From assembly GCA_018713065.1 (NCBI GenBank), contig DVFU01000023.1:1-41842 (forward strand): a DNA stretch of 41,842 nucleotides. The letters run 5' to 3'. Within the stretch, counting starts at the first letter, position 1, and the number at the start of each line of letters is the position of its first letter. A program made the position numbers and the translations under genes. Shown here one piece after another: positions 27,776-36,707 of the stretch. The notes beneath the pieces were generated by a model. It was not told the origin of the DNA. It saw nothing but the letters and a program-made list of their open reading frames with translations, and searched no databases. The stretch is from Candidatus Faecenecus gallistercoris (GTDB lineage Bacteria > Bacillota_I > Bacilli_A > RF39 > UBA660).

Positions 27776-28957
27776 TTATTTTTCTTGAATAATAGCAATT
27801 CCTGGAAGTTCTTTTCCTTCTAAGAATTCAAGAGTTGCACCTCCACCTGTTGAAGCATGAGATACTTTATCTTTGAACCCAAGTTCGCTAGCAGCAGCCA
27901 CAATATCGCCACCACCTAAAACAGAATGAATCGAAGAATTTGCAATCGTTTTTAATAATTCATTCGTACCCTTTTGATATTCTTTCATTTCGTAAACACC
28001 AAGAGGGCCATTCCAAAATACCGTCTTCGCATTAGCTAAAACTTCTTTCATCATAGCAATTGTTTCTGGTCCGATATCCATTGCCATTTCATCGGCACCG
28101 ATCTCACTCACCTTACAAATATGATGTGGCGTCTCTTCACTAAATTCAGTCGTAACGTTGACATCGACTGGTAAAACCAACTTATCTCCATAAGTAGCAA
28201 TCATTTTCTGACAGAATTCCAAAGAATCTTCCTCTAATAAAGATTTACCAATATCGATTCCCTTTGCTTTTAAGAAAGTGAATGCCATTCCACCACCAAT
28301 CATAATTTTATCTGCAATCGGCGCTAAGTTTTCGATAACTTTAATCTTATCACTAACTTTTGCACCACCCATAATGATGACGTAAGGACGTTCTGGATTT
28401 TTCAAAGATTCCAAATGATTCAATTCTTTTTCAATTAAGAAACCGATTCCATTTGGCAAATGACTAGCAATACCTACATTAGAAGCATGAGCACGATGAG
28501 CAGTACCGAATGCATCGTTAATGTAGATATCTCCTAAACTAGCCCAAAATGCACCAAGTTCTGGATCATTAGAACTTTCTTTTTTACCATTCAAATCTTC
28601 ATAGCGAGTATTTTGCATCAACAATACTTCGCCATCTTTTAATCCATCCACAGCATCTTTTAATTCTGATCCGGAAGTTGCTTTGCAAAACAATACCTTC
28701 TGATTTAACAAATTACTAAGTCTCTGTGCTACAGGAAATAAATCGTTCTTAACTAAATCTTTTTCTTCTTTTACACGTCCCAAATGAGACATTAAAATCA
28801 CTTTAGCAGATTCGTTGATTGCATACTCTATCGTAGGCAATGCTGCTTGAATTCTCGTATCATCCGTAATCTTTCCATCTTTCATTGGAACATTAAAATC
28901 ACAACGTATAATAACACGTTTGCCATGTAAATCATAATCTTTAATGGTCTTTTTCAT
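27776..28957 (-). CDS. pgk: Phosphoglycerate kinase
   Basis: RCDFNVP..., FGTAHRAHAS and STGGGA motifs. The start is at ATG 28957, after a GGTGG RBS. Confidence 0.95.
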   Translation of the reverse strand: MKKTIKDYDLHGKRVIIRCDFNVPMKDGKITDDTRIQAALPTIEYAINESAKVILMSHLGRVKEEKDLVKNDLFPVAQRLSNLLNQKVLFCKATSGSELKDAVDGLKDGEVLLMQNTRYEDLNGKKESSNDPELGAFWASLGDIYINDAFGTAHRAHASNVGIASHLPNGIGFLIEKELNHLESLKNPERPYVIIMGGAKVSDKIKVIENLAPIADKIMIGGGMAFTFLKAKGIDIGKSLLEEDSLEFCQKMIATYGDKLVLPVDVNVTTEFSEETPHHICKVSEIGADEMAMDIGPETIAMMKEVLANAKTVFWNGPLGVYEMKEYQKGTNELLKTIANSSIHSVLGGGDIVAAASELGFKDKVSHASTGGGATLEFLEGKELPGIAIIQEK

Positions 28958-28980
28958 AGATTCCACCTCTTTCTATTCTC

Positions 28981-29394
28981 TTATAAATTCACTTTTAAAA
29001 ACATTCGTGCTTTTGTCTTAACATCTGGGAAAATTGGAATTCGATCCAACTCTTCCAAACTAAACCAATCGATATCGAAACTAGCATCACTGTTCTTTAA
29101 CTCTTGATTTGGTTCAGTAGGAACTGCTAAATATTGGTAATCGATTAAATTTCCTACAAAGTTATTATATTCTTCTACAATGAACGGTTTTCCTGTAACT
29201 AATTTTACATGAATGCCCGTTTCTTCGAAAGCTTTTCGTACAGCCCCTTCTTCTGGTGTTTCACCCTCTTGTAGGTGTCCTCCTGGCTGAACCCAGTTTT
29301 GAAACTTTTTATGATAGATTAACAAGATTTTTTGATTGGCTTCATCAATGATAAAAGTAGATGCACAATATTCTGTTTTCTTTTCTGTACTCAT
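28981..29394 (-). CDS. NUDIX hydrolase
   Basis: Nudix box GGHLQEGETPEEGAVRKAFEETGI. The start is at ATG 29394, after a GGGAGG RBS. Confidence 0.85.
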   Translation of the reverse strand: MSTEKKTEYCASTFIIDEANQKILLIYHKKFQNWVQPGGHLQEGETPEEGAVRKAFEETGIHVKLVTGKPFIVEEYNNFVGNLIDYQYLAVPTEPNQELKNSDASFDIDWFSLEELDRIPIFPDVKTKARMFLKVNL

Positions 29395-29423
29395 AAATCC
29401 TCCCACTATTATGAAAAAAAGCG

Positions 29424-30437
29424 CTATGCGCCTTTCTTCTTTGCTAAATACTTAGCGGTTCTTACCATTTGATTTGAATAACCCATTTCGTTATCATACC
29501 AAGCGACAACTTTTACTAATTGTTCACCATCGGTATCTAAAACTTCCGTCAACAATCCATCTACAGTTGCTCCACAAGTAGAACCGATAACGTCACTAGA
29601 TACAATTGGATCCATTGTAAATACTAATGTCTCATCTGTATTAACTTTGAATGCTTCGTTGATTTCTTCAGCAGTTATCTTCTTTTCAAGTTCAAGGGTT
29701 AAATCGACAACTGATCCATCAGAAACTGGAACACGCATTGCAGAACCTTTCATCTTTCCATCTAACTGTGGCAATACTTTACCAATAGCTGTTGCAGCAC
29801 CGGTAGAAGAAGGAACGATATTGGCACAAGCGGCACGTCCACGACGCGCTTTAATTCCTTTCTTATGAGGAACATCTAACGTTGCTTGATCATTCGTATA
29901 AGCGTGAACTGTCGTCATATAACCACGTTTTACTTTAAAATAGTAATCCAAAACACGTAGTACTGGAGCCAAACAGTTCGTCGTACAACTAGCAGCAGAA
30001 ATTACTTGTTCACTACCATCCAGTTGATCATGGTTAACGTTATAAACGATTGTCTTAACGTCTCCTTTTGCTGGAGCAGAAATGACAACTGCTTTGGCAC
30101 CAGCATTGATATGAGCCATGGCTTTGTCCTTATCCGTAAATTTACCAGTACATTCCATGACGATATCGACACCTAAATCACCCCAAGGAAGTGCAGAAGG
30201 GTCTGTCTCAGAATAAACTTTTACATGACGTCCTCCATCGACCAAATCATTTCCATCAAAGGAAATCTCTCCTAGTTTGTATGTACGATGATTCGTATCA
30301 TACTTAAGCAAATAAGCAAGTTGTTCGGCATCTGTCAAATCATTAATGGCTACTACTTCCATCTCTGGATCTTGATCCATGATACGATAAACCAAACGTC
30401 CAATACGACCAAATCCATTGATTGCTACTTTTATCAT
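29424..30437 (-). CDS. gap: Glyceraldehyde-3-phosphate dehydrogenase
   Basis: MIKVAINGFGRIGR and active-site SCTTNCLAP. The start is at ATG 30437, after a GGAG RBS. Confidence 0.95.
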   Translation of the reverse strand: MIKVAINGFGRIGRLVYRIMDQDPEMEVVAINDLTDAEQLAYLLKYDTNHRTYKLGEISFDGNDLVDGGRHVKVYSETDPSALPWGDLGVDIVMECTGKFTDKDKAMAHINAGAKAVVISAPAKGDVKTIVYNVNHDQLDGSEQVISAASCTTNCLAPVLRVLDYYFKVKRGYMTTVHAYTNDQATLDVPHKKGIKARRGRAACANIVPSSTGAATAIGKVLPQLDGKMKGSAMRVPVSDGSVVDLTLELEKKITAEEINEAFKVNTDETLVFTMDPIVSSDVIGSTCGATVDGLLTEVLDTDGEQLVKVVAWYDNEMGYSNQMVRTAKYLAKKKGA

Positions 30438-30456
30438 ATAATCATCTCCTAGTATC

Positions 30457-30485
30457 ATTATATATTCTTTTATTTTTGAGTTCAA
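30457..30485 (-). promoter_or_regulatory. Sigma-A-type promoter of the glycolytic operon
   Basis: On the minus strand: -35 TTGAAC, 17-nt spacer, -10 TATAAT. Confidence 0.6.
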
Positions 30486-30494
30486 GTTTTTTAA

Positions 30495-30524
30495 AAAAAG
30501 AAAAAAGGACTTTACAGCCCTTTT
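30495..30524 (-). terminator. Rho-independent terminator after the DUF4116 repeat-protein gene
   Basis: On the minus strand: AAAAGGGCT-gtaa-AGTCCTTTT followed by a T-rich run. The G.U pair in the stem can form only in the minus-strand RNA. Confidence 0.6.
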
Positions 30525-30596
30525 AAAGTAAAAATATAAACTTCAATTACTAACAGAAACAATATTCATAAGATTTCATGCATCGGCATCATCACA

Positions 30597-33035
30597 TTAC
30601 TTTGCTTTAGAGGAATGATTCGTTTCTTCACTCATTCCTCCATTTGTATTTTTTAATCCGTTAACCATATCTGCAACAATTTTTTCAGCCAGTACTTCAC
30701 TATCTAACGTATTAGGTACTGTTTGATTAATAGATAAAGATGCTTGCTCAGTCTTAGACTTTTCACGTTGCTCTTTTTCACGAATAATTGCTTTTTTGAT
30801 ATCAACATCATCTTTCCATTCTTCGCCTAAATAAACATTCGGATTTGCTTGAATTGCTTGCAAAACAAATTGCTTATCTTGTTTTAATGTAGAATCCGCA
30901 TCTATCATGACATATTCACATGCTTTGATAGCTTCAAGCATGAATTCTGGATTCTTTCTTAACTCAGCACTGGCGCTTCGAAGAGGAGTGCCGGAATCTT
31001 CAATTTCATTTCTTAATTCGTTAAAATCGGTTTGAGAATCTTTTCTATATTCATCAACCAGATTATTAAATGATTGAATTGCTGTCATAACAACCGCAGG
31101 ATTATTTTTTACTTCAGCACCAGCATATTCAAAAACACTATAATTTTGTTGTACAGCCGTCATTACAAATTCAGGGTTAGATTTCAGTTCTTCACTAGCA
31201 AATGCAAAAGCAGCACCATTTGGTTTTAAAGCCGCCATAACAATTTCGGGATTATTTTTTAAATTTTTACTGGCATACTGTAATGCAATACCATAACTTT
31301 TGGCTACGGCAAGCATAACAATTTCTGGGTTATTTTTCAACTCGTCACTCGCAAATCGCAAAGCTAAACCATTTAGATTTACAACCTTCTTAACAAATTC
31401 GAAATTTGATTTTATCTCATCACTTGCATATTGCAAAGCTTGGTGATACTGTTTTACGGCTGCCATAACAATTTTAGAATCAGATTTTAATTCTTCACTA
31501 GCATATTCCAAAGCAAGACCATTTTGTTTTACGGCTTCTAACATAAACTCTGGATTAGATTTCATTTCTTCGCCAGCATATTCCAAAACATTATAATTCA
31601 GTTTTACAGCCTCTAGCATAAACTCTGAATTGGATTTCAAATCTTCGCTAGCATATACCAAAGCAAAACCATTTTGTTTTATGGCCTCTAAAATGATTGT
31701 AGGATTAGACCTCATCTCTTCACTAGCATATTCCAAAGCAAGACCATTTTGTTTTACGACTTCTAACATAAACTCTGGATTAGATTTCAATTCTTCACTA
31801 GCATATTCCAAAGCATGATAATTTTGTCTTACAGCTGCCATAACAACTTCAGGATTATTTTTCAACTCTCCACTAGCAGTTTTAAAAGCAACTTCTCTTA
31901 ATTCATTTAATCTAGGGTCATTTTGCCAACCACATCCCTCGACACTTCCATAAATAAACAACAAATCATCTTTCGTTAACAGTTCATGATTTTGGTATTT
32001 TTTATACATGGTCGTTAGCATTTTAGTGTCATGAAGACGTTTTTTATATTTATCTCGGTCAGGAAAATCTTGAATCTTCTCTTCGACAATCTCCCCAAAG
32101 TTTGGTTCGATGTTTTGATCTTGTGCAATTCCTCTGATTTCGCCAATTTGATTCTTCCCATCCATTCGAATTGCTAAACGTGGATTGGTCGCTTCACCTT
32201 TTTCATCATATGTATAGTAAACATAAAAGTCTCCTCCAGCAAGTTGTTTTTTACAAGTATCTGCTCCAGCCGTACACCAACCAGTATTTTTCCCTTGCAA
32301 AGACTCCCATAATGGATGGTAATCACTTCCCATATCGTACTTTTTCCAAACACCAGCCGTATTTGCATTAAACATGATTTTTTCTTTATGCTGTTTTAAT
32401 AGAAGAGTATATATTTTTTGAAAGTTTCCATTCTCCACTAATTGTTGAAAATTTTCTTCAACTTGTTCTTGATTGACACTTTGAACAATCATATCGATTA
32501 CTTTAGCCAAAACCTCTTGATTTAAGTCTACAAATGGTGCAACCGTACTTTTATCTCTTCTTTTATATACCTCATTTTTATTATCATATGCGCCAATATT
32601 TAACATTCCCTGAAATGCCCAATATTTTGCCCAAGTTGGAAAGAATCTTGCATCGTTACTACTTAAATAATCAATCCACTTATCTAAGGATGTTTTTTGA
32701 TCCGTAAGAATTGTTTGAATATGTTGTTGTTTCAATCGTTCATTTAGATGAATTCCATATTGTTCAAAATACTGAGAATCTAAAAACTGCCAATATTTAT
32801 CAGATATATTTTCTGGTTTGATTACATAATGGTCATAATAAAACTTCTTTAAAGATCGAATTCCTGTATCCGTCGGATGATTCATCACTTTTTCATGAAC
32901 TCGTTCCAAGCGGTCTAAATACTTTTCAATTTTCTCGCTCGGTTTATCGCTAGGAGATGCAGTATGCATGACAACATCACTCATATGCATATCTTTATAA
33001 AGACGATTTAAAAATTCTGTTCCGCTTTTCTCCAT
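30597..33035 (-). CDS. Large repeat protein: unrecognised N-terminal domain of ~390 aa plus ~13 DUF4116-type 25-aa repeats and a Lys/Glu-rich tail
   Basis: The repeat consensus NPEFMLEAVKQNGLALEYASEELKS matches the DUF4116 pattern. I set the start at ATG 33035 (MEKSGTEF), after a TGGAG RBS. The ORF-track extension to 33110 has no RBS. Confidence 0.75.
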   Translation of the reverse strand: MEKSGTEFLNRLYKDMHMSDVVMHTASPSDKPSEKIEKYLDRLERVHEKVMNHPTDTGIRSLKKFYYDHYVIKPENISDKYWQFLDSQYFEQYGIHLNERLKQQHIQTILTDQKTSLDKWIDYLSSNDARFFPTWAKYWAFQGMLNIGAYDNKNEVYKRRDKSTVAPFVDLNQEVLAKVIDMIVQSVNQEQVEENFQQLVENGNFQKIYTLLLKQHKEKIMFNANTAGVWKKYDMGSDYHPLWESLQGKNTGWCTAGADTCKKQLAGGDFYVYYTYDEKGEATNPRLAIRMDGKNQIGEIRGIAQDQNIEPNFGEIVEEKIQDFPDRDKYKKRLHDTKMLTTMYKKYQNHELLTKDDLLFIYGSVEGCGWQNDPRLNELREVAFKTASGELKNNPEVVMAAVRQNYHALEYASEELKSNPEFMLEVVKQNGLALEYASEEMRSNPTIILEAIKQNGFALVYASEDLKSNSEFMLEAVKLNYNVLEYAGEEMKSNPEFMLEAVKQNGLALEYASEELKSDSKIVMAAVKQYHQALQYASDEIKSNFEFVKKVVNLNGLALRFASDELKNNPEIVMLAVAKSYGIALQYASKNLKNNPEIVMAALKPNGAAFAFASEELKSNPEFVMTAVQQNYSVFEYAGAEVKNNPAVVMTAIQSFNNLVDEYRKDSQTDFNELRNEIEDSGTPLRSASAELRKNPEFMLEAIKACEYVMIDADSTLKQDKQFVLQAIQANPNVYLGEEWKDDVDIKKAIIREKEQREKSKTEQASLSINQTVPNTLDSEVLAEKIVADMVNGLKNTNGGMSEETNHSSKAK
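31104..31856 (-). repeat. In-frame tandem array of ten 75-nt units inside the DUF4116 gene; more degenerate copies extend to about 30830-31925
   Basis: The period is 25 codons. The copies at 31501-31564 and 31726-31789 differ at a single position in 64 nt, counted by eye. Confidence 0.85.
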
Positions 33036-33165
33036 ATCTAACACTCCAATCCATTTTAAGAATACCATAATTGCTTCTGAAAAGATATATCTTTTTAAAA
33101 ATATCCACAATTTCTTGTGAATATTTTATTGAAAATTATATTTTATGCACAACGAGTGTGAATAA

Positions 33166-34815
33166 TTAATCGTGGAAACAACTTCTACCGATAAATTCTC
33201 TTAAGATAGAATCATCTGGAATATCTTCCGATGGAATCGGTAAGAAAAATTGCAACATATCGATTAATCGTTTTGCTTCGTCATAGTATGGAGAATCGAC
33301 TGGAACCGAATAAAGTAGTGGTTCGGCATATGTCTTAAGAACTCCAATTTCATAACTCAAAGCCGTATTAAATGTATAATCCGCATAATCTTGGCAAGGG
33401 AAAATGTATTTTTCTTCACCTTCTCTGACACTTTGCCATGAGGCAAGGGTGTAATCTACACCGTGTCCACGAGTGCGGTTATCTCTCACTAATCTTCTTA
33501 AAAGACGATTATCTGTCGTCGAAATTCTCGTTAAGTTATCAATATTCAATTCAATTAATGGTGACAAATATACTTTATATTTCTTATTGGCTGGAATATT
33601 TGTCAAAATCTTTGGATTCAATCCATGAATTCCTTCAATCATTAAAATGTCGTTACTTTCTAACTTCATATGATTTTTAAATTCTTTCATACCAAGTAAG
33701 AAATTAAATGTCGGAGTCAATACTTCTTCTCCTTTTAATAATTTTGAAATCTGTTCATCAAACAAATTCAAATCGATTGCTTCTAAACATTCATAATCCG
33801 GTTTCCCATCTGGACGAATAATACTATCTTTATTATCTCTAAAATAATCGTCCATCGAGATTGTCTTTGGATGAAGTCCAAAACTCTCTAGATACATAGC
33901 AAGTTTTCTACATGTAGTCGTTTTGCCAGATGAGGAAGGTCCAGATAACAATACAATTTTTAATTCGTCTTTCCTACTGTGAATCTGTTTGGCAAGTTGT
34001 AACAAACGATTACTCTGCAACACTTCATCGATTCGAATAATGTCAGCAATTTTACCAGTTGAAACCTTTTTGTTTAAGTCTGCTACATTATCTAAACTCA
34101 TCAACTCTTTCCAAGAACGATACTCTTCAAACACTTCGAACATTTGCTTATGTTCTTGATACGGTTCAATTTTCTCCATATATGGCGTTGGGAATTGTAA
34201 TACAAACCCAGTCTCTGTAACGTAAGTTAAATCGAAATCTGTAAATGCATCGGTAGAAACTGGCATCATGCTGTATAGATATTCATACATATTTCCTAAT
34301 TTATATAACGTAATATACGTATTGGTCGTATAATTTAATAATTTTACTTTAGAATCGTTATGGATATTTTTAAAGTATTCGATCGCATCCATTCTAGATA
34401 CGTTTACTTTCTCAATTGGCAAAGCCTGACTGATTAGCTGGTTCATTTTCACTTTGACATCCATCAACTCTTCTTTCGTAATGGCACGTGATGTTTCAAT
34501 GTATATGCCCTTATCGATAGAATGTAAAACTTTCAATGCGAAATGATTTCCAAAAAGAGATTTGCAAGCATAATTAGCAAGTAGAATCAAACCGTTCACA
34601 TAAATTCGATTGGCAAATGTATCGTTTAAATCACAAAACTCAATTTGACAAGAATACCGAATGTGATGAAATAACTCTTTGTACCTACCATCAATCTTAG
34701 CGACTAAAATCTTTTGTTTGAATTTTTCTTGATATCGCTTACTGAGTTCTAATAAAGTACTTCCTTTTTCTACTACGTCAGGTTCGCCATCTACCCAAAT
34801 CTTAATGTCGTTCAT
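33166..34815 (-). CDS. TGS-domain / ThrRS-N-like domain fused to a uridine kinase-type P-loop nucleoside kinase
   Basis: N-terminal TGS-like beta-grasp (IKIWVDGEPDVVEKGSTLLEL) and a C-terminal kinase with the LLSGPSSSGKTTT P-loop. 549 aa. Confidence 0.75.
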   Translation of the reverse strand: MNDIKIWVDGEPDVVEKGSTLLELSKRYQEKFKQKILVAKIDGRYKELFHHIRYSCQIEFCDLNDTFANRIYVNGLILLANYACKSLFGNHFALKVLHSIDKGIYIETSRAITKEELMDVKVKMNQLISQALPIEKVNVSRMDAIEYFKNIHNDSKVKLLNYTTNTYITLYKLGNMYEYLYSMMPVSTDAFTDFDLTYVTETGFVLQFPTPYMEKIEPYQEHKQMFEVFEEYRSWKELMSLDNVADLNKKVSTGKIADIIRIDEVLQSNRLLQLAKQIHSRKDELKIVLLSGPSSSGKTTTCRKLAMYLESFGLHPKTISMDDYFRDNKDSIIRPDGKPDYECLEAIDLNLFDEQISKLLKGEEVLTPTFNFLLGMKEFKNHMKLESNDILMIEGIHGLNPKILTNIPANKKYKVYLSPLIELNIDNLTRISTTDNRLLRRLVRDNRTRGHGVDYTLASWQSVREGEEKYIFPCQDYADYTFNTALSYEIGVLKTYAEPLLYSVPVDSPYYDEAKRLIDMLQFFLPIPSEDIPDDSILREFIGRSCFHD

Positions 34816-34844
34816 ATTTTCACCCTCTATTTTATTCTAGGGAT

Positions 34845-34873
34845 ATTATAGCATATTTGTTACTTTCTTTGTA
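34845..34873 (-). promoter_or_regulatory. Candidate promoter for the TGS-uridine kinase gene, in the spacer shared divergently with clpP
   Basis: On the minus strand: weak -35 TACAAA, 17-nt spacer, extended -10 TGCTATAAT. Confidence 0.4.
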
Positions 34874-34914
34874 TATTTTTTATCACATTAGACTAAGATA
34901 GAATAGGTGATTTT

Positions 34915-35490
34915 ATGAATCTAGTACCAATCGTAGTAGAAAACGAACAAAATGGAGAACGTTCTTACGACTTGTATTCGAAGTTACTAGCAAGTCGCAT
35001 CGTATTTATTAACGGCGAAATTAACGACTCTGTTGCCAGTACAGTAATTGCAGAACTACTGTATTTAGATTCCTTATCAAACGATGATATCAGTATTTAC
35101 ATCAATTCCCCAGGTGGAATGGTTACGGCCGGATTTGCCATATACGACACGATGAATTTTATCAAAAGTGATGTTTCAACCATCGGCATGGGACTTTGTG
35201 CCAGTATGGCTGCATTCTTACTTTCATCCGGCCAAAAAGGAAAACGTTACTTACTTCCCAATGCTGAAGTCATGATTCATCAACCACTTGGAGGTGCCCA
35301 AGGACAAGCCACAGAAATTAAAATCGCATCAGATCATATTTTAGAAACGAAAACAAAATTAAATAAGATTTTAGCCAAAAACACCGGTCAAAAACTGACT
35401 AAAATTATGAAAGATACCGAACGAGACCATTATTTAGACGCAAAAAAAGCCAAAGAATATGGCTTAGTGGATCACATCATTCACTCTTAG
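34915..35490 (+). CDS. clpP: ATP-dependent Clp protease proteolytic subunit ClpP
   Basis: Ser-His-Asp triad contexts [14 protein letters not shown] and RDHYLDA. An AGGTGA RBS precedes it. It is the only plus-strand gene in the window. Confidence 0.95.
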   Translation: MNLVPIVVENEQNGERSYDLYSKLLASRIVFINGEINDSVASTVIAELLYLDSLSNDDISIYINSPGGMVTAGFAIYDTMNFIKSDVSTIGMGLCASMAAFLLSSGQKGKRYLLPNAEVMIHQPLGGAQGQATEIKIASDHILETKTKLNKILAKNTGQKLTKIMKDTERDHYLDAKKAKEYGLVDHIIHS

Positions 35491-36424
35491 AATCTTCTTG
35501 TGCTTTTAAGCGATTATAAAACTCCTTAATTTTACGAAAACGATGATTGATGCCCGACTTCGTAATCGGATGCCCAGTTTCCAACGAGATAATGTCACTC
35601 AGTTCCTTTGTCGAACTTTCTGGATACTTTAATCTGTATTGAGCCAGTTCCAACGTTTTTTCATCTAATAAATCGAGACCGACCTTCTCTTCGATATATC
35701 GAATTTGTTTCACTTGTGTCAATGCCGTTTCCACGACCTTATCCATGTTCGCTTGCTCCATATTATTTAATCGATTGGTCATGTTCATGTTGTCACGATA
35801 AATTCGAATATCCTCAAAATACAACAAGGCTTGGGTTGCTTGAATAATCCGCAAAAAATCGGATATTTTTTCTGCTTCTTTTAAATATACCATGTATCCT
35901 TTCTCACGAGTAAGCACTTTCGCATTCAACAAAAAACGATTCAGTAACGACTGAACGAATTCTGCTTCTTCAATCGTATCGATAGAAAACTCCAAATGAT
36001 AACGCGAGGTTTTCGGATCGTTGATACTTCCCTTAGCCAAAAACGTTCCTCTCAAATATGCCCTGGCATCATCGAAAGAACTCGTAATGTAATCTTTAGG
36101 CACAACCATATAATATCCATTTTCACTATAAACGGACAAATCTTTTAAAATCAAATCCACTTTCGAATCGATTGTCATCAAATAAAGAGAATTCTTAGCA
36201 AAATTATTGTTCTTTTTTTGAACGAAAGATAAATTCACTTGATAACATTCTTTTACCAATAAAAAAATTCGTTTGACGATATTCGCATTTTCTGTTAATA
36301 AATCGATTTTCTTCCCATCATAGACGGCATTGTTTCGAAAGAAGGCGGATAGTTCTGCAATCATCTGTGACTTATCCTCATCGATGTGACAGATTTCATT
36401 TTTTACGTTTGTAGCAAAAGACAT
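35477..36424 (-). CDS. whiA: DNA-binding sporulation/cell-division regulator WhiA
   Basis: 315 aa, [11 protein letters not shown]..., with a degenerate LAGLIDADG-like N-terminal region and a C-terminal HTH ([10 protein letters not shown]). Its 3' end overlaps the clpP 3' end by 14 nt in convergent orientation. Confidence 0.9.
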   Translation of the reverse strand: MSFATNVKNEICHIDEDKSQMIAELSAFFRNNAVYDGKKIDLLTENANIVKRIFLLVKECYQVNLSFVQKKNNNFAKNSLYLMTIDSKVDLILKDLSVYSENGYYMVVPKDYITSSFDDARAYLRGTFLAKGSINDPKTSRYHLEFSIDTIEEAEFVQSLLNRFLLNAKVLTREKGYMVYLKEAEKISDFLRIIQATQALLYFEDIRIYRDNMNMTNRLNNMEQANMDKVVETALTQVKQIRYIEEKVGLDLLDEKTLELAQYRLKYPESSTKELSDIISLETGHPITKSGINHRFRKIKEFYNRLKAQEDSKSE

Positions 36425-36488
36425 AACATCTCCTCCAGTTTTTTTATTTTATCACAAAAGAAAGACAAATAAAAAGTATCTCCTCCAT

Positions 36489-36707
36489 TTATCCGACAAA
36501 AGGAATAAAAATGGAAATGAAGATACCTCCAATTAATAACAAGATAGCAACCATCAAATCGAGACGATGACTGCGCATACGGTCTGCATTTTTAGAATCC
36601 AACTTGTTCTTATCGACAAAATATTTGATAAAAAAGAAAGTACCAATTAGAACCATCAATACGACAGTTACAATCATAATTCGTTGCATGACTAACAAGA
36701 TCATCAC
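36489..36707 (-). CDS. Small hypothetical two-TM membrane protein
   Basis: Hydrophobic 70-72 aa ORF whose GTG/ATG start overlaps the trxB stop. I recognise no motif. Confidence 0.4.
   Translation of the reverse strand: MMILLVMQRIMIVTVVLMVLIGTFFFIKYFVDKNKLDSKNADRMRSHRLDLMVAILLLIGGIFISIFIPFVG

Noticed and set aside
31104-31856. Regular 75-nt DNA repeats that could be mistaken for a CRISPR array or a satellite.
   Set aside because: The units are contiguous with no unique spacers, are in frame, and encode the 25-aa DUF4116 repeat of a continuous 812-aa ORF. No cas genes or leader are present.
34816-34914. A CtsR operator (GGTCAAA-N3-GGTCAAA) looked for upstream of clpP.
   Set aside because: No GGTCAAA or TTTGACC heptads occur in the 99-nt spacer, so no CtsR site can be supported. 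I could not define the clpP promoter hexamers confidently either, so I do not report one.
36425-36488. Duplicated TGGAGGAGAT motif in the spacer upstream of whiA, and a possible 14-codon mini-ORF starting at the first copy.
   Set aside because: The second copy is simply the whiA RBS. The first overlaps the stop of the upstream small ORF. The mini-ORF is very short, and I cannot assess its conservation.
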